The translations under genes and the position numbers were made by a program. A DNA stretch of 60,056 nucleotides. Source: a virus. Its lineage: Duplodnaviria > Caudoviricetes. Shown here piece after piece: positions 9,449 to 20,500 of this stretch. The stretch is from the IMG/VR virus record IMGVR_UViG_3300033156_000984, positions 1 to 60,056 of that record; one strand, written 5' to 3'. The first letter of the stretch is position 1; each line of letters opens with the position of its first letter. The notes below the pieces were generated by a model that was given only the letters and a program-made list of their open reading frames with translations, was not told the DNA's origin and ran no database searches.

Positions 9449-9793
9449 ATGGAAAATTACGAAGATCTAAAAAGAATCATAATTTGTAAAACGATTTTCA
9501 AGTTAATGTTTTTAGAACACAGGTTTGATTTATTGAGACAACTTTCGCTTGAGGATTGTAATGATATAGTAATTAGAGTTTTGAATATATTAGATGAATT
9601 AGACGGAAGGTTTGATAAACTGAAAGATGCAATCGACGAAGATTCTATCAAGATGTTGAATATGCTAAACTCCTTGGATTCAGTCCTAAAAATTTATGCA
9701 ATCTTCCTTCATTTAATAAACGGATTTCTGGAATCAAGTTCTCGAGAGGAAATATTTAATAAACTGGAGGTGATGGAGAATGCAATATCATAA
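9449..9793 (+). CDS. Hypothetical helical protein
   Basis: SD GGAGG. Confidence 0.7.
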   Translation: MENYEDLKRIIICKTIFKLMFLEHRFDLLRQLSLEDCNDIVIRVLNILDELDGRFDKLKDAIDEDSIKMLNMLNSLDSVLKIYAIFLHLINGFLESSSREEIFNKLEVMENAIS

Positions 9794-10322
9794 TTTATAT
9801 ATGGCATTGAAAGATAAAATCAAAAGGGAAGATTTACGCCATATCGCTGATGTCATTAAAGAAATTGATAATAATCTAAATTATATCCATGAGAAGTTAG
9901 ATGAACATTTCGATGGTGGTTATGATGAAGTTATATTGCATGTAATTGCTACATTAAAAGAATTTGGTTTACCTAAAAGGAAACTATTATATGATAGCAT
10001 TTTAAGATATATGGATGATAAATTTTATTCTAAGTATGTAATAATGTATTTAGCTTTTGTTTATTCTTTAAAGAACAAAGAGATTAAGCTTGAAGATGGA
10101 TTAAAGAAATATCTTGAGATGTTTGTTGTATTAGTCTTAAGTGTAGGTTCATTAGCTGATACACCAGATTTAATATTAGAAACATTTAGAGGAGTACAAT
10201 CTTTCATTAAAGATAATTCAACAAACAAACTAGAATCTTCATTTAGATATTATGAAGTAATAATGAAATTAGCAAACCAGCTTCTCGAAAAATATTACAA
10301 CCAATCCAAGGAGGTGCATTAA
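9780..10322 (+). CDS. Hypothetical helical protein
   Basis: SD GGAGGTG. Confidence 0.75.
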   Translation: MQYHNLYMALKDKIKREDLRHIADVIKEIDNNLNYIHEKLDEHFDGGYDEVILHVIATLKEFGLPKRKLLYDSILRYMDDKFYSKYVIMYLAFVYSLKNKEIKLEDGLKKYLEMFVVLVLSVGSLADTPDLILETFRGVQSFIKDNSTNKLESSFRYYEVIMKLANQLLEKYYNQSKEVH

Positions 10323-10325
10323 AGA

Positions 10326-10643
10326 ATGTTATCTGAAAAAATGGATGCATTAATTGAGATTATCGAAGAAACTCCAGCCCCTGAAATTTTCAACAGATTA
10401 GGTTTCAATACTGCTATGGATGTCGATGAAATTTTAGAACAGTATTTTGATGAACCTTTTGATCCTGATAAGTTAAAATTATCAGTCTTGTATTCAATTA
10501 CAATGAAGACAATATTAAGTTTGATGACTATAGAAGACAAAGAAATTCGACTAATGGAATTCAAGAAAATCGAAGCGATAATATTTACCTTGATAGAAGA
10601 GATAGGAAAACTAATCAAGAAAATCAAAGAACAGGAGGTGTAA
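10326..10643 (+). CDS. Hypothetical helical protein
   Basis: SD GGAGGTG. Confidence 0.75.
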   Translation: MLSEKMDALIEIIEETPAPEIFNRLGFNTAMDVDEILEQYFDEPFDPDKLKLSVLYSITMKTILSLMTIEDKEIRLMEFKKIEAIIFTLIEEIGKLIKKIKEQEV

Positions 10644-10649
10644 ATCAAA

Positions 10650-11249
10650 ATGAAAGAACTAAAATTCAGACCTGATGTGGATGTAATTGTGAAGACTTCG
10701 ATTCAAAAAATTGAGACACCACAAAAGAAAGATACTTCAATAGTTTTTGCTACGATATTATCCCAAAATAGAAAATCAAAAAAACAAGAAGATCTTGATT
10801 GGATTGCAGGAATTTTTCAACCATTTAACCAAGCAAAGATATATAAAGAAAACGGTGAACAATCTGTTGATATTTATCCAGATAATTGGTTTCGCATCTT
10901 ATATGGTCTAAATTTGGAACGCATCTGTGATGGATTTAAATATCTTGGGGAAGGATATACTCAGACAATTTATGATTTTGTGTCAAAGATTTATTACCAA
11001 GCTGATTATCATTTCTTCATTAATAAAGAAGGATACATTTACTTAATCATCGATCATCCTAATTCAAGAATCTGTCAAGTATTCAGAGCTAATTCCAAAG
11101 TATTATTTCAACCATGGATCTATTCTGAATCAGGCGAGAAGATTTTAACGAAAAGATTTAAGAAAGAGATTGAATTTGATGAAATACTAAAGAAAACAGA
11201 AAAATCATTAAGAAGAAAACAAAAGAAGATGAAAAAGGAGGTAAAGTAA
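10650..11249 (+). CDS. Hypothetical protein with basic C-terminal tail
   Basis: SD GGAGGTG. Confidence 0.75.
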   Translation: MKELKFRPDVDVIVKTSIQKIETPQKKDTSIVFATILSQNRKSKKQEDLDWIAGIFQPFNQAKIYKENGEQSVDIYPDNWFRILYGLNLERICDGFKYLGEGYTQTIYDFVSKIYYQADYHFFINKEGYIYLIIDHPNSRICQVFRANSKVLFQPWIYSESGEKILTKRFKKEIEFDEILKKTEKSLRRKQKKMKKEVK

Positions 11250-11250
11250 A

Positions 11251-12048
11251 ATGAAGTACTTCTTAGATTACAAGAATATAATCTATTCTTTAAAGAAGAA
11301 ATCTCTAGATTCAGATGCAATTGAAGAGCCTATTGGTTTTATATATTATAATAAAGACTTACACAACAACAAAGCTTATCTATTAAAAAGAAATAAAATT
11401 ATTTCAGGTGATCATTCAGACATTTCAGTTAAGATTGTAGAAGAAACATATCCAGATTTAGAAGAATTTTGTATTTTAACGGGTGATGCTTCTGAGATTT
11501 TTAAGTTGAAGGATTTTATCGTATGGATGGATCCAGCAAGTTTTGAAATTAAAGATTTAAATTCCGGGGAAAAGATTAACATCTGGATTTCAGAATCAAC
11601 TTCAAAACTTCCACTCGAAGATCCCAATTTTTTGAAGAATATTTGCAATAAAGTACGATTATTCTTGAAAGATAGGGAAAAAATTGATGAATTCAAACGA
11701 AATAATCCAATACACTTCTTCAAGATTTCAGAAAACAAATTCCTAGTACATCTGATCTGGAATGATGAAGAATATTTTTCTTGGGGAAATTCAGATCAAA
11801 TTTTAACTTTTCTCTTTACAAAAACTCCATTGAAAGATTATAATATCGATGAAAGACGTGGCATATTCTATGCTCCATTTGACAATCAATTGAAATTAAA
11901 ACTGGTATTAAAATCCATTGAGCAGGATATTTATCTAAATACTTACGGGATCATGGTTGAAAAATTAAAAGGACGTGAGATAATTATACATTCAGAACAA
12001 AGATATTTAGATTGGGTGCCCAAATCAGACAAATTATATAAATTTTAA
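11251..12048 (+). CDS. Hypothetical protein
   Basis: SD GGAGGT; 265 aa. Confidence 0.78.
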   Translation: MKYFLDYKNIIYSLKKKSLDSDAIEEPIGFIYYNKDLHNNKAYLLKRNKIISGDHSDISVKIVEETYPDLEEFCILTGDASEIFKLKDFIVWMDPASFEIKDLNSGEKINIWISESTSKLPLEDPNFLKNICNKVRLFLKDREKIDEFKRNNPIHFFKISENKFLVHLIWNDEEYFSWGNSDQILTFLFTKTPLKDYNIDERRGIFYAPFDNQLKLKLVLKSIEQDIYLNTYGIMVEKLKGREIIIHSEQRYLDWVPKSDKLYKF

Positions 12049-12070
12049 AACCAGAAAGGAGGGATTAAGA

Positions 12071-12508
12071 TTGAAAACCAACCAATTCGATTTGACTAAG
12101 ATTATCAAAACTATCGACAAACTCTCACATACTCTAAGAAGAGCAATGGAAAGATTAGAACCTGAAGAAGTAGAAGAAATTTTCAATACAAAAGTAGAAG
12201 ATCCAAATATAATAATTAAGCAAATGCGAGACAGGATAGTATATTCACTTCAAAATTTTGCTCTTAATGAAAAAGCAAATCCTGATCCATCCCCAATAAT
12301 AAGAGTAATTGATAAGATGTCACATTCCTTAAGACGTGCTTCTGAGAAATTAGATACCGAAGATTTAATTGAAGTTTTCTCAGAAGATGTTGAAAATCCT
12401 AATGAAATAATCAAGAAAATCCGTGATCGTTCTGTTTTCCTTATCCAAGGACTCGCTCTCTCGGTTTCCCTTATGCGCTACAAGGAAAAATTCATGGAAG
12501 AAGATTAA
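12071..12508 (+). CDS. Hypothetical protein made of two ~55-aa internal repeats
   Basis: IIKTIDKLSHTLRRA...MRDR and IIRVIDKMSHSLRRA...IRDR; TTG start after GGAGGG. Confidence 0.8.
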   Translation: MKTNQFDLTKIIKTIDKLSHTLRRAMERLEPEEVEEIFNTKVEDPNIIIKQMRDRIVYSLQNFALNEKANPDPSPIIRVIDKMSHSLRRASEKLDTEDLIEVFSEDVENPNEIIKKIRDRSVFLIQGLALSVSLMRYKEKFMEED

Positions 12509-12516
12509 TTTTTTTC

Positions 12517-12545
12517 TTGACATTTGTGATTTGATGTGGTAATAT
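12517..12545 (+). promoter_or_regulatory. Sigma70-type promoter upstream of the replication cluster
   Basis: TTGACA (12517), 17-nt spacer, TAATAT with extended TGn; T-tract upstream; intergenic. Confidence 0.7.
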
Positions 12546-12591
12546 TCCTTTGGAATTAAGAGGATGTTAATAATTAAGGAGGAAGTTTAAA

Positions 12592-12774
12592 GTGCTGGTA
12601 AAACATATTGACAAAGACTGGATTGCGATATCATCCAATGAGGAATTATCAATATTTTATAAAGATTTAGAGCTGGTGAGAATCTCCTCAAATCCTTTTA
12701 ATATATCAGTTAATCGGAAAGAGATTAAAAAATTAAGGAGGGGACAACATGAAAAGTTTAAGAGCAAAAAATAA
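12592..12774 (+). CDS. Small hypothetical protein
   Basis: GTG start after GGAGG. Confidence 0.6.
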   Translation: MLVKHIDKDWIAISSNEELSIFYKDLELVRISSNPFNISVNRKEIKKLRRGQHEKFKSKK

Positions 12775-13243
12775 GGGATATGATTTTCATCGAATTTGTC
12801 AATTCATGGGATTTTATCAACCACCCAGAATGACAAAGTATATTGAAATGGGATTTGATGAATTACTTGATTCACTTCCAAATTTATTCATTGGGCAAGA
12901 GGAAATTGAAGAGGATGCTATTCAGGTTTTAATTGAAGAAATTTCAAATTTAGTCGGTAAGGATGCAACTGAAATCTTATATAGTATTGGCTTCTATTTA
13001 AATAAGGTTAAGCATAAGAGAAGATTTATTTTACTACTCCTTGCATTACGCAGATATGCAAGACTTAATTATATGCAGGAACTTGAAATGCTTATCAATT
13101 CAAAACTAGAAGAGATAGGATTTTATGATTATACTTCATTAAAATCTACAACCAGAAGAAGAATCTCAATACATGATCCAATAAATAACAATGACATGGA
13201 TAGAAATCAGAAGACAATGCAAAAAGAGACTGAATCCGAATAA
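12749..13243 (+). CDS. Hypothetical protein
   Basis: SD GGAGGGG. Confidence 0.72.
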   Translation: MKSLRAKNKGYDFHRICQFMGFYQPPRMTKYIEMGFDELLDSLPNLFIGQEEIEEDAIQVLIEEISNLVGKDATEILYSIGFYLNKVKHKRRFILLLLALRRYARLNYMQELEMLINSKLEEIGFYDYTSLKSTTRRRISIHDPINNNDMDRNQKTMQKETESE

Positions 13244-13326
13244 TAAAATCAGCAAAGTAGATGAAGTCGAAGAATTTCTCAAAGAATTATTTGCTGATGA
13301 AGAAGAAATATTGCCTCAGATAGAGG

Positions 13327-13854
13327 ATGATAATGATGAAATTACAAGTATCATTTGACGAAATTGAAAGCAAAGCTTTAGAAGATGCAAGTTTAATTAC
13401 TGGTCTTGAACCAGAAGATTTTGTTAAGATAGCTACTTTAAACGAACTTAGAATTTTCAATTCAGAATTCTTGTGGATGTATAGATTTATTAATCTAGAA
13501 TTTTTAGCTGAAGCGATGAATTTACCTTTGATCGATTTAGAAACTATATTTGAAGATTTAGGTGTTAGAATTTATAATATCAATAATCGAAAATATGTTC
13601 TGGAACCTTTTCTTGATTCATTCTTCGATATCTTATCTAGCCAATCTGAAAGCGATTCATTAAATGAAATTAAAGAGAAAGTTAAAAAGCTTCAATTGAA
13701 ATATACCCCAATCAGAATCTTTAGATTTTCAAAGGATTTCATCCAAATGATTTATGATATTGCAAAGACAAAGAATGTATCTCCTGAGGAACTTATAGAA
13801 TTTTATACAATGAAGGGAATGAGTTCTGATGAGATTAACACGCTCTCAGATTGA
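13327..13854 (+). CDS. Putative DNA-binding protein (RHH/HTH-like segments)
   Basis: Terminal strand-helix-helix-like patterns (LQVSFDEIE..., IFRFSKDFIQMIYDIAKTKNVSPEELI) and central LEFLAEAMNLP. Confidence 0.4.
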   Translation: MIMMKLQVSFDEIESKALEDASLITGLEPEDFVKIATLNELRIFNSEFLWMYRFINLEFLAEAMNLPLIDLETIFEDLGVRIYNINNRKYVLEPFLDSFFDILSSQSESDSLNEIKEKVKKLQLKYTPIRIFRFSKDFIQMIYDIAKTKNVSPEELIEFYTMKGMSSDEINTLSD

Positions 13855-14392
13855 TGAAATGAAAGTAAAATATCTAAATGGAGTTTCCTTATTTACGATT
13901 TCAAAAGAGTACAAGATTCCAATGATAGAACTAATTAGGATTGTATATCAAGAAGGATGGTTAAAAGAACGAAGAATTAAGGATGATTTATTATTTCTCC
14001 TAAAACTAGATGAATTTAGACGACGATTTTTAGCGAAATATCCTGAGATAATGGAAAAAATATTCTCATTAACAACCGAAGATTATATCTTGATAGCGGA
14101 AAGATTACGTGATGAAGTTTCTACATTAAACCCAAGAGATTTACATTTTGTATCTTCTGCTTTAGAGAAAACTTCAAATGCAATGAAAAACGCTATTCCG
14201 AATTTCACAAATCTTCATTCCACAATATTTGAAATCGGTGATTTCCAACTTGAACGTGAACATCTTCAGGAAGCTTTACAGCATTTCAAGAGAAAAGCAA
14301 TAGAATATAATGCAGAGGAAGAACTTGAAGATGCTGCATTTACAATAATAGATTCAAAATTGGAGGATCAACAAAATGCTAGTGAGAGTTGA
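13829..14392 (+). CDS. HTH protein resembling a terminase small subunit
   Basis: IDEMKVKYLNGVSLFTISKEYKI...EGWLKER resembles TerS-type HTH, followed by a helical region. Confidence 0.4.
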   Translation: MRLTRSQIDEMKVKYLNGVSLFTISKEYKIPMIELIRIVYQEGWLKERRIKDDLLFLLKLDEFRRRFLAKYPEIMEKIFSLTTEDYILIAERLRDEVSTLNPRDLHFVSSALEKTSNAMKNAIPNFTNLHSTIFEIGDFQLEREHLQEALQHFKRKAIEYNAEEELEDAAFTIIDSKLEDQQNASES

Positions 14393-15980
14393 TGAAACTG
14401 ATCAGATAATCAAAATTCATCCTTTTGATGTAAAGGAAGCTTTAGAGATAAGGAAATTAGGCGGAGTTTGGCAAAGTTCTTTAGGATATTTTATCCTACC
14501 AATTTCATCCTTACAGAGAATAAAATCTCTTAATTATCCAAAAGTAATCAAACAAGAAGGACTTCCTTATAATATCAAATTTAAAACTCAGCCTTATACT
14601 CATCAAATTGAAGGATTGAAAAGAGTTCTCAGTTCAAATTTCTTTGCATTATTTTGGGAAGTCGGTACTGGTAAGACTAAAGTAATTCTTGATTGTATTT
14701 CTTATCTGAAAGAACGTGATGAGATTAAATATGCATTAGTTATGTGTCCAGTCTCTGTGATAAAAACATGGGAAGATGAAATTAGAAAACATTCTGATTT
14801 ATCATATGCTGTATTATATGGGACTAAATCACAAAGATTGAAGAATTTGAAGCTAGAGAGGGATATCTATATAATAAACTATGATGGATTACGGGTTATA
14901 GAAGATGCGTTATTAGAAAAGAAATTTGATTTAATAGTCGCCGATGAAAGTCATCATATCAAAAATATATTTGCGAAACGTACAAGAGCTGCATTAAGAT
15001 TATCTAAAAATGCAAAATATAGATATATTTTAACAGGTACTCCAGTACTTAATGATTTGCTTGAGATATTTCCCCAGATTCTATTTCTAGATCACGGACT
15101 TACATTTGGTAGATCCTATGTAGCATTCAGAAACAGATATTTTGAACCAATCCAGTTTACCAACTTTACTAAATGGGTTATTTCAAAACATAATGCTAAT
15201 CTGATATTTCAGAAATTATTACCAATTTCATCCAGAGTGCTTAAGAAGGATTGTCTTGATTTGCCAGAGAAGATTTATTTAACCAGATATATTCCAATGA
15301 GTAAAGAGCAAGAGAAATTATATTCCGAGATATCAGAGAAGATACTAGTTGAAATCGAAGAAATAGAGAAAGAAAAGGATAAAAAATATGTACTGAAAAT
15401 AAGAAATGCTTTAACTAAATTGACTAAGTTATCACAGATTACAAGTGGATTTCTTTATACAGAAAACGGAGTTTATAGATTAAATCCAAATCCTAAATTG
15501 AATGACTTAATTGAATTGCTGAAAGAGCTTTCAGGTAAAATAGTTATATGGTGTGTATTCCAAGAAGAGATTAAGATTATTGAAGAAGCTTTAAGCAATT
15601 TAGGTTATACAGTTTATTCAATTTCAGGTTCGACTTCATTAAATACACGTAAAGAGATTCTAGATCAAATGAATAAATCGAATGATCAAGATATATTGAT
15701 AGCCCAAATAAAGACTTTAAGTCAAGGCATGAATTTACAATTTATCAATAATGCTATCTTTTATTCTAATTCATTTTCATTTGGAGCAAGAGAACAAGCT
15801 GAAGGAAGGATTCATAGAATTGGTTCATCGAAAGTTACTTACATTGATTTGGTTATTCCTAATAGTATTGATATTTCAATCTTAAAAAGTTTGCAACGAA
15901 AACGAGATTTAGCTGAGTTTGTATCAGGAGATACTTTGAAGACTTCATTAGAAAAAATGATGCGAGGTGAACTACGATGA
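14376..15980 (+). CDS. SNF2-family (SF2) helicase
   Basis: EVGTGKT, DESH, LTGTP, QAEGRIHRIG. Confidence 0.92.
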   Translation: MLVRVDETDQIIKIHPFDVKEALEIRKLGGVWQSSLGYFILPISSLQRIKSLNYPKVIKQEGLPYNIKFKTQPYTHQIEGLKRVLSSNFFALFWEVGTGKTKVILDCISYLKERDEIKYALVMCPVSVIKTWEDEIRKHSDLSYAVLYGTKSQRLKNLKLERDIYIINYDGLRVIEDALLEKKFDLIVADESHHIKNIFAKRTRAALRLSKNAKYRYILTGTPVLNDLLEIFPQILFLDHGLTFGRSYVAFRNRYFEPIQFTNFTKWVISKHNANLIFQKLLPISSRVLKKDCLDLPEKIYLTRYIPMSKEQEKLYSEISEKILVEIEEIEKEKDKKYVLKIRNALTKLTKLSQITSGFLYTENGVYRLNPNPKLNDLIELLKELSGKIVIWCVFQEEIKIIEEALSNLGYTVYSISGSTSLNTRKEILDQMNKSNDQDILIAQIKTLSQGMNLQFINNAIFYSNSFSFGAREQAEGRIHRIGSSKVTYIDLVIPNSIDISILKSLQRKRDLAEFVSGDTLKTSLEKMMRGELR

Positions 15981-16330
15981 TATTCACTAGATTAAGCGAA
16001 GTTTTTGGAATACCTTATGAAAATATTGCTAGATTCTTTGAATTTTCTCCTCAAAGATTGAAAAACATGGAACTTAATATGGAAGATAAAGAGATTATTG
16101 AATTTATTCCAAGAAATAAATTACTTAGATTTATCGGAATATTTTTAGATGTTGAAGAGAGCATTGGGAAAAGATTATTACAATGGAGATTAGAGAAAGG
16201 ATTTTCAAGAAGCGATGTAGCTGAAATGTTAAATGTTTCAGTAGTATCAATCTGGAAATGGGAAATTGGAGAAGGTAAACCCAATCCTGAAAATTATCGT
16301 AAAATTGCAGAACTAATATCATCAAGTTAA
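15977..16330 (+). CDS. XRE-family HTH regulator
   Basis: RLEKGFSRSDVAEMLNVSVVSIWKWEIGEGKP. Confidence 0.85.
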   Translation: MIFTRLSEVFGIPYENIARFFEFSPQRLKNMELNMEDKEIIEFIPRNKLLRFIGIFLDVEESIGKRLLQWRLEKGFSRSDVAEMLNVSVVSIWKWEIGEGKPNPENYRKIAELISSS

Positions 16331-16349
16331 ATGAGGAGGTGATTCCATA

Positions 16350-16748
16350 ATGGAAAACTCTATGGAATATCTAACAAAAGAACTCGAATATCTACAACAT
16401 CTTAGAGATGAAAAACGAAGGCATGAGGAGATTATTTCTCAGATTAATAAACGTATCGAAGAAATTGAGAAGTTTGTAAGTATGAAGATGGCAGAATGGA
16501 ATATTAATTCTATTCAACATAATGGATATACGTTTTATATCCGTAAACAATGTTTCCCTCGAATAGTTGATAGGGAAAAATTCTTTGAGTTCTTGAAGGA
16601 AAGGGGTGATGAATCAATAATCTCAATGACAGTACATCATCAAACTTTAAGGAGGTGGTATAATCAGTTGCAATTATTAGAAGAAAATACTGAAGTACCG
16701 GGGTTAGAAATCTTTGAAAAGATCGGAATTGGAATACGAAAATCTTAA
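16350..16748 (+). CDS. Phage replication-module protein (coiled coil plus small domain)
   Basis: DREKFFEFLKERG...VHHQTLRRW...VPGLEIF pattern, typical of the gene preceding phage SSB/annealing proteins. Confidence 0.55.
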   Translation: MENSMEYLTKELEYLQHLRDEKRRHEEIISQINKRIEEIEKFVSMKMAEWNINSIQHNGYTFYIRKQCFPRIVDREKFFEFLKERGDESIISMTVHHQTLRRWYNQLQLLEENTEVPGLEIFEKIGIGIRKS

Positions 16749-16762
16749 GGAGGTGAATTTAA

Positions 16763-17470
16763 ATGGCTAACAAGAAGATTCAAGATAATGAAAATCTGCT
16801 TCAGGTGAGATTTGAAAATAATTTACCTGTAAGTAATGCTGATGCTGATCCACTGCTAATGGAAAATATCCAAAGTTTAATGTCTCTTGGTATTAGACTT
16901 CCAAGGATTAGAATTACAACTTCTGGAGAATTTGAATATGTTTCTGATGAGATGTCTGAAAGATTCGAAGAATTTGAAGCTAAAGTAATCCACTTCCATG
17001 TTATGAATATGTATTGGGCAACTGGATATAAAGCTAATGAAATTCGACCACCTGATTGTATTTCTTATGATGGGATTACTTCTATAGATGGTAAAAATTG
17101 TCGTACCTGTGAGTATAATCAATTTGGTTCTGATCCAATTACTGGTAAAGGAAAAGCTTGTAAAAATGTAATTAGGCTTTTCCTTAAGGTTACTGATGAA
17201 CATGTATTGCCAACTATTTTGTGTATTCCACCAGCATCTATTAATGCGTTTATGAAATATACAACTGGGACATTATTTGTCAGAGGAAAATCTATTCAAT
17301 CTGTAGTTACTAGGTTTACTGCAACTTTGGAGGAATATCCTAGAATTAAATTCTCTGTGGTTAGGGATTTAACTCCAGAAGAATATGAACAAATAATTAA
17401 AGAAAAATCTGTGGTAGAGCAACTATTGGCTGAGCCAGTTATTTCTGAATTTGGTGAAGAAGAAATTTAA
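16763..17470 (+). CDS. Putative ssDNA-binding/annealing protein
   Basis: PDCISYDG...CRTCEYNQFGS...GKACK Cys motif; acidic C-tail EFGEEEI; replication context. Confidence 0.6.
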   Translation: MANKKIQDNENLLQVRFENNLPVSNADADPLLMENIQSLMSLGIRLPRIRITTSGEFEYVSDEMSERFEEFEAKVIHFHVMNMYWATGYKANEIRPPDCISYDGITSIDGKNCRTCEYNQFGSDPITGKGKACKNVIRLFLKVTDEHVLPTILCIPPASINAFMKYTTGTLFVRGKSIQSVVTRFTATLEEYPRIKFSVVRDLTPEEYEQIIKEKSVVEQLLAEPVISEFGEEEI

Positions 17471-17532
17471 ATACAACTGTGAAATTCAGAAAATAAAGTT
17501 AAGGACAATAATCTAGAAGGGATGGTTCAGCC

Positions 17533-20500
17533 ATGCTGAATTATTATATAGATGATTTCGAAGGGAGGTTCATTTATGTAGATATTTACACAAATAAATT
17601 AGGATGGAAACGCATTCGTATTTCAGAAGCACGAGAAGAAGTTCAAAAATACACAAGTGATGTATATGCTACTATACAACAATGGGAGAAATCTAAATTT
17701 GATGAAGGGGAGTTGGAATATACTCCCCTTTATTTTGATCTAGATGGAAAATTTGAAGAAACCTTAGAAGATGCAAAGAAGATAATTCAGTTCTTTGAAG
17801 AAACCTTAGAACTTAAACAACCAGCTTATCAAATTTTCTTCAGCGGATGTAAAGGATTTCATATAATAATCCATCAGAAAGTATTTGGAATTCTGCCATC
17901 TAATAATCTAACTTACATTCATAAGGATATCGCACAGTTTTTAACAGAAGTATTAAACTTAAAAACTTTAGATGAACGAGTTTATTCTAGAAGAAGACAA
18001 CTCAGAGTCTTAAATACAAAACATTCAAAATCAAAGCTTTATAAAGTAGAAATCTCAAGGGAAGAATTATTTGAGATAACTTCGTTTAATGATATCTCTG
18101 CTATTTCTTCAAAGCCTAGAAATCCTTTATTTGGTCTAGAAAGTTTTGAAATCTTATCACAATTTCCATTAGCATGTACTTGGTTTCAATCGTTTGTGAA
18201 AGCTTATCAAGAAAAAGAAAGATTAAGACGTTTCCAACCTATTGAAAAATTAGAATTTCAAGGTGAGCATCCTCCATGTGTTGAGCAATTATTAAATGAG
18301 CATATCCAGAAAGAGAATACTCGTAATATGGCAACGTTAGCATTAGCAACATACTTTAAAGATATAGGAACTTCTCCTGAAGAAACTTTAAGAATTTTAA
18401 TCGATTGGATTCTTAAAATTCCAAGACATTTAACTTCTAAGAAGACAGATCGTGAGTTAATTGCAGCAACTAAATCTGTTGTAGATACTGTATATAGATA
18501 CCCAGAAAGATATCATTTCATCTGTGCTGTAATGAAAAATCTAGGTATGGAATGTAATATTTTAAATTGTCCAGTAATAAAACATGAACAAAAACTTCAA
18601 CCTATTTCCTTATCCTTGAAAGATGCATTCTCTGCTGATTATGTAGGAATTCCTTCCTTAATTTCTATCATTCCTATTGGTCGTTCTGATACTAATTATG
18701 TATATCCTAAAAGTGTAAGATTTACTTGCCAAATGCAGAATTCACAGAAGACCTGTAGTATATGCCCAATGATGGATAAGGATGAATTAATAATTGAAGT
18801 TCCTCAAGAAAATATTGTCAGTTTAATTAAGATATCTGATTCAGGATTAGAGAAATATCTAAGAGGACTTGCAAGGATTCCTAATTGTAAATATGTTAAA
18901 GCTCAAATCTTAGAGTTCGGTGATGCAATTGAAATGGAAGCAGTTGAAAACATCAATCCTTTAAATGATTCGAGTTCATTATCATCTTCAGAAAGTATAG
19001 TACGTCCAATAATTTATCTTAATAAAACGTTCCCATACTCAGAAGAAATTATGTTACAAGGAAGAACTGTACGTAATCCTAAAGATCAATCTATAATCTA
19101 TATCGCTGATTCTGTAATTTCTACTTCATCAACAATCTCAAGCTTTGAGTTATCTGAAGAAGATATCGAAGCTTTAACTATTTTCCAAGCTGGCGGGAAT
19201 ATTAACAATATCCAGAAGAAACTAGATGAAATTTATGAAGATTTAGAAAACAATATAATTAATATCTATGAAAGACGAGATATGTTAATAGCGATTGATC
19301 TTATATTTCATACTCCATTATTCTTTAGATTAGATAACAGAAATCATAAAGGATGGGGGGAATTATTTATCTTAGGTGATACAGGATCAGGTAAAACTTC
19401 TGCGATAGAAGCATTCATAAAATTTTATGGATTAGGAGTAAGAGTATCAGGCGAATCTTCTAAACGTACAGGGTTAGCATGGACTTATTATAAGTATGGC
19501 GATCAATGGAGAATTAGATTTGGAATAATTCCAATGAATGATAGAAAATTAGTTGTGATAGATGAATTTTCTGGAATACCTGAAGAAGAATTTAAGAAAT
19601 TAACTGATATGAGGAGTTCAGGTATAGCAGATGCTAGAGGTGGAGTAGTTTCAGGTATTGCTTATGCAAGAACTAGATTAATCTATATTTCTAATCCCAA
19701 ATCAGGTTTATCATTAAATCATTATACTTTCCCAATATCTGCATTAAAAGAATTAATGCCAAGGAAAGAAGATATCAGAAGATTAGATTTAGTAATTGGT
19801 GCAAGAACTGAAGATGTTGATGTTGAAATTCTACATAGTTTTGAAAAGAAAGATGTTGAGCATAATTATGAAAACGAATTATGCAGGAAACTCATACTTT
19901 GGATATGGTCAAGAAACCCAGAACAGATTATAATTAAAGAAGAAGCGTTAAAGAAAGTTGAGACATGGGCAAGATATCTATCTAATAGATATTCAGTTGA
20001 TATACCTTTGTGTATGGCTTCAGATTTAAAACTAAAGATTATTAGACTTTCTTTAGGATTAGCAGGAAGATTATTTTCGACTGATGATGGAGAAAACTTA
20101 ATTCTTGAACCTGAACATGTTGAGTTTATTGGTACTTTCCTGAAGAAAATTTATGATTCTCCTTCATTAGATTTCTTAGGATATTCACATGCACATTTTG
20201 ATACACTTCAACCTAGCGAAGAGTTTTTGAAAGAAATAATCGGAGAGATTATCATAATACCGAATTCTATCCAAATGGCTAATTTCTTATTGATTACACC
20301 AAGATTTAATAAATCTACAATCTGCGAAATGCTTGGTTGGGATGGGGATGAGTTTAAAGAAGCAATGCGAAAGATGGCGAAATTTAAGCTAATTGAAGCT
20401 TCTAAAAATAGAGGATATCGTATTACACCATTTGGAATTTTGGTAATGAAAAGATTATTAGAAAAAGAAGATGAATTACAAAAAATTCAAGAACAAACAA

